NCBI GenBank assembly: GCA_051294905.1
Contig: CM119371.1
Location: forward strand, 39,248,001-39,312,000
DNA length: 64,000 nt
Direction of reading: 5' to 3'
DNA from: Botryllus schlosseri
Taxonomy: Eukaryota
A program made the translations under genes and the position numbers. Below, one piece after another: positions 40,190 through 52,170 of the stretch. Numbering within the stretch: the stretch's first letter is position 1; the number at the start of each line of letters is the position of its first letter. Under the pieces are notes generated by a model. The model was given only the letters and a program-made list of their open reading frames with translations, was not told the DNA's origin and did no database searches.

Positions 40190-43100
40190 CGTCATGAGAC
40201 ACTCCTTCGTGTACATTTTCACTTCCTGTGCTCCGTTTTCCGTCGCAGTTTTCACCTACATGTACCCCACAACGTTAATTCATTGAATTCGAACCAATCC
40301 ATTTTATTCGGAACAATTTCTACTTCAATATGACTGGCTGCGTGGCGAGAGTTGGTACTTAGCTGTCGTCGCGGCAATGATATCAATGTATTACTTCTGA
40401 CGCAAAAGGTCTCCGACATTCAAAGAAGTTCAAATACCTAATTCTAGCGTCACTGTTCAGTTTAATCTCCTATATTCCTGACAAGGGGGCTTCAATAGAG
40501 CATTCCAGTGAAAAACAAAGATGTTAGGGTTTGGTGTTAACATTTCGGAATCATTTGACTGGTCCGGCTCGCAAGCTATCTAATAGAGGATTGAATACGG
40601 ACCTCGACGCTCGACCCCAGTTTAGTTCGACCCGCTGCTATAAACCTATAATCAGCATTTTACCTGCTGCATTCGCGGACTAAGTCCTATCCATACAGGT
40701 CAAGGAAACGCTAGTAATGTGTGCTCACACTTATCCAAAGCAACTATAGAAAGTACCGACACCCATCATCAACAGCGCAACGTGTCCCTAGAGCCCTACA
40801 CAACAAGCGGGCTAAGCCAATCGATATCGTAATAATCTGATATATCAAATGAATACAGCTACCTTGACGGAAAGATCTCTCTATACCAGTGGTTCCCAAA
40901 CAGTGTTGAATTCAATGGTTTCTGATGGGGAATAGACGCATTTGTTCAAAATCATATACAGGACTGTCGACATATTCACGGAGACACATGCGCAATTACC
41001 GTTACCATTTAACTGCTCTGGATCGAAAACTATGTTGCGTGTTGTTCACAAAACCTCCTTTTCAACTAACTCTGGATTGCCAATGATGGCCTCACAAACG
41101 CATCCAGCACGACTAGTTGGACATGAAATAACGCTTTTGCGAAATTTTGAGCGTTACTGGCATCGGTTCGCAATACGTTTTATGTTGCAGTTATAAGCGA
41201 TTGTCTTGCGTACTGGTGTGGTTGTGAAGACAAAAGTGCTGGGTAGTGGAAAACAGGATCGTAACTGTCGCACTCAAAACCCTCCAATTGGGGGGCGAGC
41301 TCGAATGGGCCCAAAATTATTTCGTGAATTATCGTATTTAATTAAAGTATTTTTTTTAATTCATGCCACTTTTTCAAAAAATTTCCACGGTGGGTGCACG
41401 ATTTAATATTGCCGAATATCTGGTTATTAGGTACCCTTCCCCCACGAAAATACGCAGAATTTATAGAAATGGCCACTTGGGCGTCGGGCATTACTGCGCC
41501 ACGACGCACCAAGGCATATGAAGTTATAGGCCATGTAAGATGCAACTCGGAGAAGTGTACCAGAACGATCAGCAGCGAGAAGACCATGGCCGAAAATGAA
41601 GGCCCTTGTGGTGATCAAAAACTTCGATAGATATAGGCTACAATATACATATATGTTTAATTGGTTAATGGCTGGCGCCGAATGTTCCTATCTTGGCGAT
41701 CTGAACCCCATAGGACAAATGCCATCCCGCAAGGAAAAATTATCTGCCAGTAAAGCAATAACAATTTGGAATCTTGTGTGTCTTTTACTTTTGGCGATCT
41801 CCATATCTTTGACATAGCAGATATAGGAGGTCACGAAATAGCATAATGTAACGAAGTCAATATACTAATGGAAACGCCCGATGATGTTCAATTCTTATTT
41901 AGGGGTCCTACCTTTTCCAACACACCTCACTCAGCTTTACCGGTAAATCTAATTACGTGACAGAGAGGGGAGGCAAAATTGACAGCAAAATATATGCAAT
42001 TCCCGATCATATTGGCCGACTCAAACACGAATGATATAAATTTCTCGCGCTTCACGCGTTTAGTCAAAATAAGGCGATGCACTAAACAATAGACTCAATG
42101 TAGCTATAACTTGCAGAGAAAACGCGTACAGGCTCATCGGGGCTGAGAGGGTTCTGGGGGCCTAAGACCAACGTTTTGGGCGGGGCAGAAAAGGTGCTAT
42201 TACGGTTCTGGTGGGGAATGAAGACTCGGAATAAATCTGAAGTGGGGAATGAAGACAAAAAAGTTGGCAACCTCTGCTCTATACGTTGAATGACAATGCA
42301 CGAAAATTTGTAGGGCCCAAATGCATTCTGTAGACACAGTTCTACCGCTACAAGTGAAGGAAAGGCTGGTAATTTGTGTACTCATCAATACCGAACGACT
42401 ATAGAAAGTATTAACTGCGCAACGTTTCTCTGCGACGCGATTGCACTTCGAAACACAAGCTCATTTCCCAGCTGGGCAGTCACTCTCGCTGCGCTGTCAC
42501 TCATTTGCTCCTCGGTAGAAATGGATGTAAAGTGTGGAGTGCCTCAGGGCTCAGTTTTAGGACCGACCCTATTTTTGATCTACATCAATGACATTATCAA
42601 CTGTTCCTCCTTTTATACTACACTGTTTGCCGATGATACCCATCTTTTTCTTTCATCCGATACTATAAGCAACCTACAAAGTTCTGTGCAGAGTGAACTT
42701 ACAAAAGTCTCTCAATGGCTTGCTGCTAACAAACTAAGTTTAAATACCGATAAAACTGTGATGATGCTCTTTAATACTGCTTCTGATAACCTTACTGTGA
42801 ATCTAGATAATAACTGTATCTCACTGTGTGACTCAGCAAAATATCTTGGAATCATCATTGACTCTAAATTGTCATGGAAACCGCATATTGCTCATACCAT
42901 AACACAGCTTTCTAGATGTGTAGGTGTAATGACAAAACTCAAGCACATAGTTCCTAGATCTGTGCTTAGGACAATTTACTTTTCGCTTTTTTACTCGTAT
43001 CTACAGTATGGCATAATTGTATGGGGGAATGCTTGTACTTCACATTGTTCTAAAATTCGTACCCTGCAAAACCGAGCCATGCGTTTGATGGCTGGCTTGC

Positions 43101-46100
43101 CCCAACGAACAAGATTATCCCAGTACTACCGCAAATACAAAATTCTAAAATTTGACGATATTTTTACATTTGAAGTAGCTAAATTTATGCATCAATATTT
43201 TTCAAATGAATTGCCTCCTGTGTTTAATGATTTCTTCGCCCTTGCTCAAACTGTTCACTCACATAATACCAGATTTTCTTCCCAAGGTAACATCTATTTT
43301 CATCGACCCACAAGTAACCTCACAAAGAAATCGATCGACTATGCCGGTCCTGTCATATGGAATGCTATACCCTCATCAATACGGGACCTCCCATACCACT
43401 CCTTCAAAAAGGAATTATTCAGTCACCTCCTCTCCCGTTACCAATGATCCGCTTGTCTCACACCAATTTTTTTAGTTTCTTCAGTATTTTATTTTTATGC
43501 TGAGCTGAATTGATTGATCCCAACCAATGCATCCAAATTTATGACACGATATCTGTATTTGTTAATGCAGGGTGTGATCAGACTAGTTGACCCTACCCAG
43601 AGTCATATCGGTCACACCCTGTCCTATACCGTTAAGTTCATTTATTGTTGTTTCATGTGCCAATGATGTTTTCTTTACGGTTGGACAAATCAATAAATAT
43701 CTCTCTCTCTCTCTCTCAGCTACGCTCTCGTTTCGCCAGACAGCATTGCTGCGTCACTATGTCACTCTGTATAACAAGGGAATATTCGAGGCTGATTGTG
43801 GGAGTTCAAGTGTCAGGAGCGGAATGACATTTATATTTTCGTAATCAGTACAGCGGCAGCTTTCGATTGATACCCGTTTTATCAAATTTGATGCTCGATA
43901 AGCCGGTCAAAAATAACCGTCAAATTTCCTTTATCCAAATGAAAAATGTGACGTATACCAATTTCACTGAGCCGTGTGATTTGATTGTGTCCACACCATA
44001 TAGGACACTATGTTCAATCGAAAACCAAATTGCAAAGAATGGCGCAACAATGCAATAATAAAAATGAACGCTACAGGCAAAGTCATCTGTACCGGTAGTC
44101 ATTACAAAGAAGAGAGAAAATTAAATTATACAATACACATAAGACATTACACAGACAAATAGCGGTATAAAATTTTGGAATTTTTTTAAGAATTGTATAG
44201 AAACTGTTTCTGCCGGCATAAATTAGGATTGGTCAATTTTATGATAGTCGACTTCAACACAGACATATGGAAGGCAGATTTACATTCAACCAGGACCGTA
44301 ACAGCACTTCGTCACCCCCCCCCCATAAGAAAAAACGTTTGTCTTGCCCCCCCCCCAATTGGATGATAATCCAAGCTTCTGGGGGGCTTGTCCATCAGTT
44401 TGGTCGTGTTTGCTGCGACTTGTCATTGACAATTATTGTAGTGTTTAGTGACACGACCGTTACATCGCCTATACGCGCGAAGCGCGAATATTTTCAGCAG
44501 TTCCTAACTAAATCGGGCAATATTATCGGGAATTGCATATATACTGCTATCAATTTTTTATCCTTCTTGCTCACGTAACAGATTTCCCGGTAGATCTGAA
44601 TGAGTTGTCTTGGAAACTGTAGGGCCCGCGCGTAAATAATATTTAAACTATAAGCATATTCGGGTGATATAAAAACTTCATTACAGGATATTGTTTCGTG
44701 ACCTCCTGTCTGCTATGTCAAAAGATATTGAAATCGCTCAAACGTACTAAACTAAAAGAGGGACAGGATTCCAAATTGGTGTTTCTTCACTGTCAATTAA
44801 ATTTTCCTTTGGGGTAGGCATTTGTCTTGTCGGGTTCAGATTGCCGGGACAAGAACATTCGGCACCAGCCTTTTACGCGCCTATGGACAATTAAACAAAT
44901 AGGACTACGTATATATAACGAAGTTTTCGGGCGGCATAAGGGCAGTCATATTCGGCCTCGGTTTTCTCGCCGCCGATCGTTCTGGCACACTTCTTGGATT
45001 CGCATGTTACATGGCCTAAAACTGTGTATGTCTCGGAGCGTCGTGGTGCGGTAATGGCCGACGCCGAAATGCCCATTTGTATAAATCATGCCTATTTTTC
45101 GTTTTTTTTTAGGGGGGGGGTAGAGTACCCAATAAGCCAGATATTCGGCAATATTAAATCGCGCGGAGCGCGAAAATATTTTTAAAAGTTGCAAAAATGT
45201 TCAAAAAGTAACTCTATAATTTATGCTAATTTACAAAATAATTTTGGGCGCACTTCGAGCTCCCCCCCAAAAATTTGGAAGTTTTGGATGCGGCAGTTAC
45301 GGTCCTGTATTTAGCAATCACAGTGAACATGCCGTCATTGTAATGACTGGCACAGACATGATACTTCATAATATGTTGGCCGATTGCTGAATTCAACGCT
45401 GTAACCTCGTTATACGAACCAGAGTCGACCGCTTCCCTAAACCACAAGTACAGAACGATCGATAGGTTAGTTTACTGAGCTAATCGATTTAGGCATATTT
45501 TGGTTCCCTCGTCCAGCCAACCGCAAAGTTGTGCGTCCCACATACCGACTATCACAGTCTCATGGGAAATTATATATAATATTACTCTTTTAAAAAGCAG
45601 GAAACACATCCTTGTGGGTGTGAGGCTTGAGCGGTCTAGTCATAAACACCACTCGAGGAATGAGCATAAAATAGGACGATTGCATAGTTGACCTAATCTG
45701 ATAAGCAAAGCGGTCTGACACTGACACACGCGAATGGAAGTGTATGTACACTGTACCGTAGTACCAGCGGCTGTTTGAATTGCCATATTTTCTTTGTAAT
45801 TCAGTTGCCCAATCTGGATATCCATTGTCGATCAAAATGGACTTGATATTATAAATTTCCACCACAAGCCGAACATCGGGACAGATCATTAGCGCACGGC
45901 AGTGAAGAGCCCGGAAAAACCTAGCAGTTGGTCAGTACCGGGATCCAAACTCACTTCGTGACTGCAGCGCGTAACCAACTGCGCCACTCGCTTCCCGTAT
46001 AAATATATAATTTCAAAGAGTCGGCAGTAAATATAGCTTCGAATATTACATTAGATATGCATACATTTGTCGCAATGAAATTTAGGTTTAATTTTGAATT

Positions 46101-49100
46101 TTTAAGGTTCACCGCCGCGCAACACTTATTTTAAAGTTTTATCGGTCCGCTAAATCAAAAAGGTTGAGAACCACTGGATTAGAGAATCCAAGGAAACATT
46201 GCCGTCGTCTTGACTGTCTAAAATTGCAAATGTGTCATCTACATTTTTAAAATACATATGCGGTTTGCTTACATTAGAAAAATCGCTTTCTTAGAAACCA
46301 GCGAATAAATTCGTCAACCTAGGCCCAAAAAGTGACCCCATGGCAACATCATCAATTTAGCGATACATATTGTTGTTAAAGCTTTACTTTCATGTCGATT
46401 TTATAGTCTGTAGTCTGAAAAGAAAATGGACAGTCATATTTTGCGGCCCTCGACGTGATTTGAGATTTCAGAAGAAAACTGAGAAAACGATTTTGAAATG
46501 CAGTTTCAAGTATTGTTGTGGTTGTTTCGAAATAAGCTATTCTCATGTGCCCAACATCACTATTCGTCACATAGCTAAAACGGCTTTGGAGATGACAACA
46601 GCATTCCATCGAGGGAGAATAATCTGCTGGAACGAATGGGCTGGGCATATTGCCTTGACGTGCAATGACCAAAACACTGCCAAGATCGAGACGCCTATAA
46701 AACGGCATACGGCAGTGGTTCACTGGGCTGCGCGCTCCTCTTGTGGGGGCGTGAAAGCATCTGAAGAGGGTGCGGGGCTTCGGTCAACTGAAAAATTTTT
46801 CGCGCTCCGCGCGATTTACGTCAAGTTTGGTTTTTGTGGATGTTCCGTGTATTTTGTGTATATCAACAGTCATAACCTTCAATGCCATGAAACTATCCGT
46901 TGGGATTGGTAGCAATCTGGTTGCATTTTGTTATATGACGATAAGGGGGGGGGGCGAAAGTTTTCAGTATCATTATGGGGGGCGTGTCTAAAAATGTTTG
47001 AGAACCACTGGCTTAGGGCTTCCCCACAAGATCAAACTTTACGTGGAGATGGTATTTCAGCTAGTACCGTATCTCGCTAGCCCCAATATCGAGTCCTTAT
47101 TCGCTGAAAAGCGTTTCCAGTATCGTGCACAGCTCAGACTTCAAAATAAAATGAAAAGATTGATATGATTTTTTGTTGTAGTTGTATTTCTTTGATGAAA
47201 TATTACTTCTTTTGTGGTCACTACGCCCATTGCCTAAATTAAGTAGCACGGCGTTATACTGACGTAGAGTTCCGAAACGATGGTTGCCTAGTTTATACCG
47301 ATATTGAATTCATGCGGCCCGCGGCCGCTGCGAAATTTGAAAAGTGGCCCGCAACCCGATTTGAGTTAGCGACCCCTGGTCTATACTATGATTATAGTGA
47401 GATTATTGTGATAATTGCTATAAAATGTTCAGTAGTACTTTTGCATATGGGAAGCGAGTGACGTAGTGGTCACACAGATCACTGCAGCAACATCACTGGT
47501 AACTGATTCTAGTCTTGGCTTTGTGAGGACTCTACGAGTCGGATATTTATCTGGACTTCTCATGGCCGATCCTCATGTAGGCTACTAACCGTGTCCCGAA
47601 AAGCCCAAAACTAATCGAGAATGTTCGACCAGTCAGTAGCAAATACTCCAAATTTGGTCTCACTGAAGAGTCTAAAAGTGTATGATGGGACAAGTGAGCG
47701 ATTGAAAGTCTTACGCCGATGAATAATACAATTGCGAAACTTATGAACTGTACAATTATTAATTTCTACTTAAGACCGATAAGAGCCGGAAATCATCTCA
47801 CGATCAACAAGGGAGGATAAATGGAGATCGAGAGAAGTCGACTGTTAGGTATATTCGAATATAGACAATTAATTAGCGTTAGAAGCTTACCAGATCCACC
47901 ACCAGACGTTGATATGTTGACTGCACTGTTGTGGATTCTGAAATATTTTATAAGATATATTTCCCCATAAACTATAACGTCTACCAACAGTATACGGCAG
48001 TGGTCGGGAACCTATGGCTCGCGAGCCATATATGGCTCTTTCGGGTATAGGCTCTTTGACTTATTTTTAATTTTGTACTTAGTTTTATCGATATTGCAGC
48101 AACGTGTTTGTAAATTTTCATAACGGGCAGAATAATTATTCTCGTGACAGGATAAACATGTATTTAAGAGGTCAAGACAATGGCGTATCCAGGATTAAGG
48201 GCTTGGACCCATTTACAAAATCCTCAAATTTAAGTTGCTGTAGCGCCAGCGACCGATATCCCTCGCGAATTCGATGTACCGGACATCGCGCGCTGCGTAA
48301 TCTTGGATTGCGCCATGCGTTGGTTGATAAGAGAATAGCAGACGTCTGTATGACGATCTAGTTTACAAATACACATTGTCCTCCTAATCTACGCCGAGAA
48401 ATGAGCTGTGAAGGGCATGTTAATTACAAATTCAAACTACAAACAACGCTTCGTTATCCACTGTTTTCATTGGTAAGTCGGCCTAGCTTACTATTAGCCT
48501 ACTGCTTTTAAAATGTAGGCGTGTAGTGCAACGCTTATGTTACCGCCGAATACTTTAAGAATTGATAACTCGATCAATTCTTAGATTTTCGGAATCAGGG
48601 CTATAGTTATATTAAATGAATATCAGTTATTATAGATTCTGAGCTACTTACGATGAATTGCATTATCGCAGGATGATTAGTAGCCTACCAGTTTTTACAG
48701 AGGACACATGGCGCCCACGACAAATCCCATGTACTGAGTTCGAATTAGTACTACCATGACATCACGAATTTTCAATTGTGACGTAACAAGTGGTTCACAT
48801 GTATGGCTCTTTGGGAGTTAAAATGGACAATATATGGCCAACATGGCTTTTCAGATGAAAAAGGTTCCCGACCACTGGTATACGGACTTCCGGCAGCTCT
48901 TGCTCGTACGCGAGGATTCAAAATATTATTGCGTACCGCGTGTTTGACGTACCCAAAATGAGAGCAGTTACGTGGTACATTGCACTTATTGCTCACGAAT
49001 GAATGCTCTTAGTAACTTAAGGCCCGTGTACCTGTACATAGTTAGATAAGGTGGTCTCGAAGATGAATTGTTTTGGATTGACGTCACGAGAAGGCTTGCC

Positions 49101-50006
49101 TACGTTTTAAAAATATGATCAGGTTTACATGGGCATTGCCCATTGGGCAATATATTTGTCGCAGTTCGAGAGTTACCGCCGTTCATGATTGATATTGAAG
49201 GTTACGCTGCACCTTTTGCGGCAACCAGAGATACATTTACCAGTTCTTGAATGACTAATTGACTATTTACACGAGCTCTATTCAAAGAACTCCTTTTCCA
49301 AATCTTGCGTACTATACGATTAAATCGTCAGGTTGCCCAATGAAAAACGATGCACATCAAATTTGAACTTTTTCCAACCGGTAACCGCGAATCTCTTACA
49401 CCTATCAGTTTAGAAATTTAGAATTTATTTTAAAAGATTTTTGAATTTGTTTTTTCAAATTTCACTGGGTAACCCATCAAAATGATACGTTGTCTACAAT
49501 GCAAAACAAATTTGACTCAATTACAACCGGTAGAAGCCACGTTATTTTAGGTTTTCGGTGATAATTCTGGGATTACTTACCGACAATGCTGTTTTTTTTT
49601 TCAAATCCAAAATTTATAACTGCAACAACTTCGCTTCTACCGGTTGCAATTGATTCAAATTTGTTTTGCATTGTTTATGTTGACAACTTATCAATTTCAT
49701 GGGGTATCCAGTAAAACTTTAAAAATTAATATTCTACAATGAGTTCAAAATTTCAAAACTGTAAGAGCTTCGCGATTACCGGTTGGAAGGATTCAACTTT
49801 GGTTTGCATCGTTTTATTAGCCAACCTGGCGATTTAATCATCTAGCAAGAAAGATTTGAAAAATAGTTTTGTAATAGTCCTAATTCGCGCAAAATATTTT
49901 TTGATACTTCTGCTATCTCTTCTTTTGAAAATCCATTTTTTTCATTTACTTACGTGATTGGCTGCATATTTCCACTTTTTTTCATTTCGTCATTACCCTC
50001 TGCCAT
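40190..50006 (-). CDS. Candidate 5-prime coding exons of the kinase-SAMD9-like gene (50006-49954, 47937-47891, 40255-40190)
   Basis: ATG exon MAEGNDEMKKSGNMQPI with donor GTAAGT (phase 2); TTTCAG|..|GTAAGC exon TIHNSAVNISTSGGGS (phase 2 to 1); TAG|..|GTGAGT exon (phase 1-1). All are phase-compatible with the kinase exon; no homology support. Confidence 0.45.
41254..42210 (+). mobile_element. hAT-like non-autonomous element; inverted sister copy at 44291-45307 and partial copy near 23175-23640
   Basis: TIRs CAGGATCGTAAC / ATTACGGTTCTG, and CAGGACCGTAAC / GTTACGGTCCTG in the sister copy; interior homology in opposite orientations. Confidence 0.75.
42510..43718 (+). mobile_element. L2/CR1-clade LINE, 5-prime truncated, open RT C-terminal ORF, 3-prime UTR and (CT)n tail
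   Basis: GVPQGSVLGPTLFLIYIND, FADDT, WLAANKLSLNTDKT, KYLGIIIDSKLSW; AATAAA followed by (CT)n at about 43701-43718. Confidence 0.93.
47998..48877. mobile_element. hAT (Charlie-like) MITE, complete
   Basis: TIRs CAGTGGTCGGGAACCT / AGGTTCCCGACCACTG; exact TSD GTATACGG at 47990-47997 and 48878-48885. Confidence 0.9.
49280..49880. repeat. About 600-bp fold-back palindrome
   Basis: GATTAAATCGTCAGGTTG..TTCCAACCGGTAACCGCGAA is mirrored by TTCGCGATTACCGGTTGGAA..CAACCTGGCGATTTAATC. Confidence 0.8.
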
Positions 50007-50309
50007 TATCATTCAATGCAGGATATAAAGCGAGCAATGGTACAGCATTAACTATTGGTCGATTGTTACGTCACGTGCTGAATCTGCGAAGAATGGATCA
50101 GGGTGAAACAATAGCACACAGTAAGATAGATCCATCCGAACCCTCCTGAATCGGAAATAAGTTTGGCTTGTCAGCATACTTACAATATACACACCCTGTC
50201 CCAGGCTAAGCCTATTCATTTCATTATATTTAAACATGTCAGTGCATACCATCCAGTCATACGAAAAACTATCATACCAAGACGATAATTCACACTCAAA
50301 TCACTCGAT

Positions 50310-50530
50310 GCGGCGAGATAGCGCAGTGGTATAATCCGCGGCTGCAACACCAATGAGTGCGGGCTCGAGTCCGACCGAGGTCGACTTACGAATATCGATA
50401 CCTAAGTGTTGGAGGTTTACCTAGGCATGCACCTCCTAGCCACCTCATCCGCGTCAGCGGTGTCTTACAAAAGTCTAGAGGTGGGCCGTGCTATAAGTCG
50501 GCAGTTACGGAAAATAAGAAGAATATTGGT
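50310..50530 (+). mobile_element. tRNA-derived SINE-like element (related heads near 45930-45997 minus and 47448 plus)
   Basis: A-box-like TAGCGCAGTGG and B-box-like GGCTCGAGTCC at tRNA-like spacing; no complete cloverleaf. Confidence 0.45.
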
Positions 50531-51184
50531 CTGGTGTATATGACCATAGTAGTCGCTAACACCATGAATACCCCAAAACAAGCAAACACTCGATGCCACA
50601 GATCACGAACGGAAAATATCCAAAAAATCGGCACCGACAATATTATAACTACATTTAGATTCTAACAATGCAGTTCTAACAATCAATTTCCTGATACGAT
50701 AAATCGTCGATCTACTATGTCTTTGAAAGCAACTTATTTCCGCAAGTCACATTCGGACAGTCACATTCAGAACCAATAACGCCCTGATTGGCGCATTGTA
50801 ACTATTTTCCTCTTCAATCGTGTTCTGAAAGGTCGCTTGGTCGTGTTTCTACGGATGATGTGTAATCTAAAGAACGCCAAAGCAATTAATTTTGAAACCT
50901 TTCATGACGTTTGCGCTCTTTGCCAATGTAAACATGGGTAACGGTAGATATGACTCGAGTAATGCAGAGCTATTCATCATTGCTATGTCTACTATATTCC
51001 TGTCACGCCCCGCTAACGAAGCGCAATTATCTGTCGCTGAAGCTACTATCCTGGCTTTTCGGAATGAGGCTGGCAGTAAAACAACTGATGTCTGGCTATT
51101 CTCGCGCGTACGCACACACCATTAAAGTCGTTGATGAACGCCTCTGTATTCGTTATTGGTGATCGTGGTCTGTTTCCTGTATGC

Positions 51185-52170
51185 CAGTGGTCCTCAAACT
51201 TTTTCAGACACGCCCCAACCCCAACCCCTTTATCATAGATAAATATTTCGCGCCCCCCTTATCGACATATCATAAAATGCAACCAGAATGCTGGTAATCC
51301 CAGCGGATAGTTTGCTGGCATGGAAGGTTAAGACTATTGATGAGAGAAGTCTAAATATGAAGTTCAAACTATAAACAGAGCAAAAACTATGAATTATAGC
51401 TCAATCGCGCCCAGCGCGAAAATATTTTTCAGGTAACCGCAGCTTCGTGCAGTTCAGATACTTTCACACTCCCCAGTTTGAGAGCCACTGCTGTATGCGA
51501 TGGTTGATTACATCAAAGATGAAACAGCTTATGACAGAAGTCGCCCACTCAAAACGGGTCGCAGGTCACTTTTTAAGCTTCGAGAGGTCGCCGGCCGCAT
51601 GAATTCAATATCGAGAGGAAATAGGCCACACAGTTCAACAACCACGTTTTGGAAACTTTACGTCTCTGCAGCGTCGTGTTCTCCAACATGGGCGTTGGGC
51701 AAATATTTCTACGGCCAAACAGTTTCGTGCAGTGTGAGCTGCGCACGATACCTGACAACTCTTTCGGGCGACTAATGAAGCGCTGTTGGGGTTAGCCAGA
51801 CACAGTACATGCTGGAATACTATTTCGTCGTGACGGTTTATCTTGTAGGGAAGCTCCAATTCGTTTTCTAAGCGTCACATTTGCGGTAGTGTCTGGGACA
51901 ATGCACGTCAAGGCAATATGCCCATGCCCAATTGCCCATTCATATCAGCTGATTGTCCTTCTACAGAACTCAATACCGTCACCGAAGTCGTTTCAGCTAA
52001 TGAGGAATAGTGATGTTGGGCACATGAGAATAGGTTACTTTGAACAGCAATAATGTTAAACTAAAATCAATTTCAGTATTTCGAAATTATTTACTAATCG
52101 TTCTTCAAAAATCTCAAATCAGTTCGCGGGGCGGGCCGTAAAATATGACCTCGCGGGTCGCGTGATGAGA
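51185..52170. mobile_element. Composite hAT MITE-derived repeat; inverted homologue at about 46430-47010
   Basis: CAGTGGTCCTCAAACTTTTTCAGACACGCCCC start matches the reverse complement of about 46975-47010; CACGTCAAGGCAATATGCCC and GTGATGTTGGGCACATGAGAATAG are shared in inverted orientation. Confidence 0.65.

Noticed and set aside
46370..46912. 180-aa ORF
   Set aside because: Lies within a repeat that has an inverted homologue near 51200-52150; no protein motif.
50310..50390. Functional tRNA gene
   Set aside because: A/B-box-like motifs are present but there is no consistent acceptor stem or cloverleaf; better explained as a SINE head.
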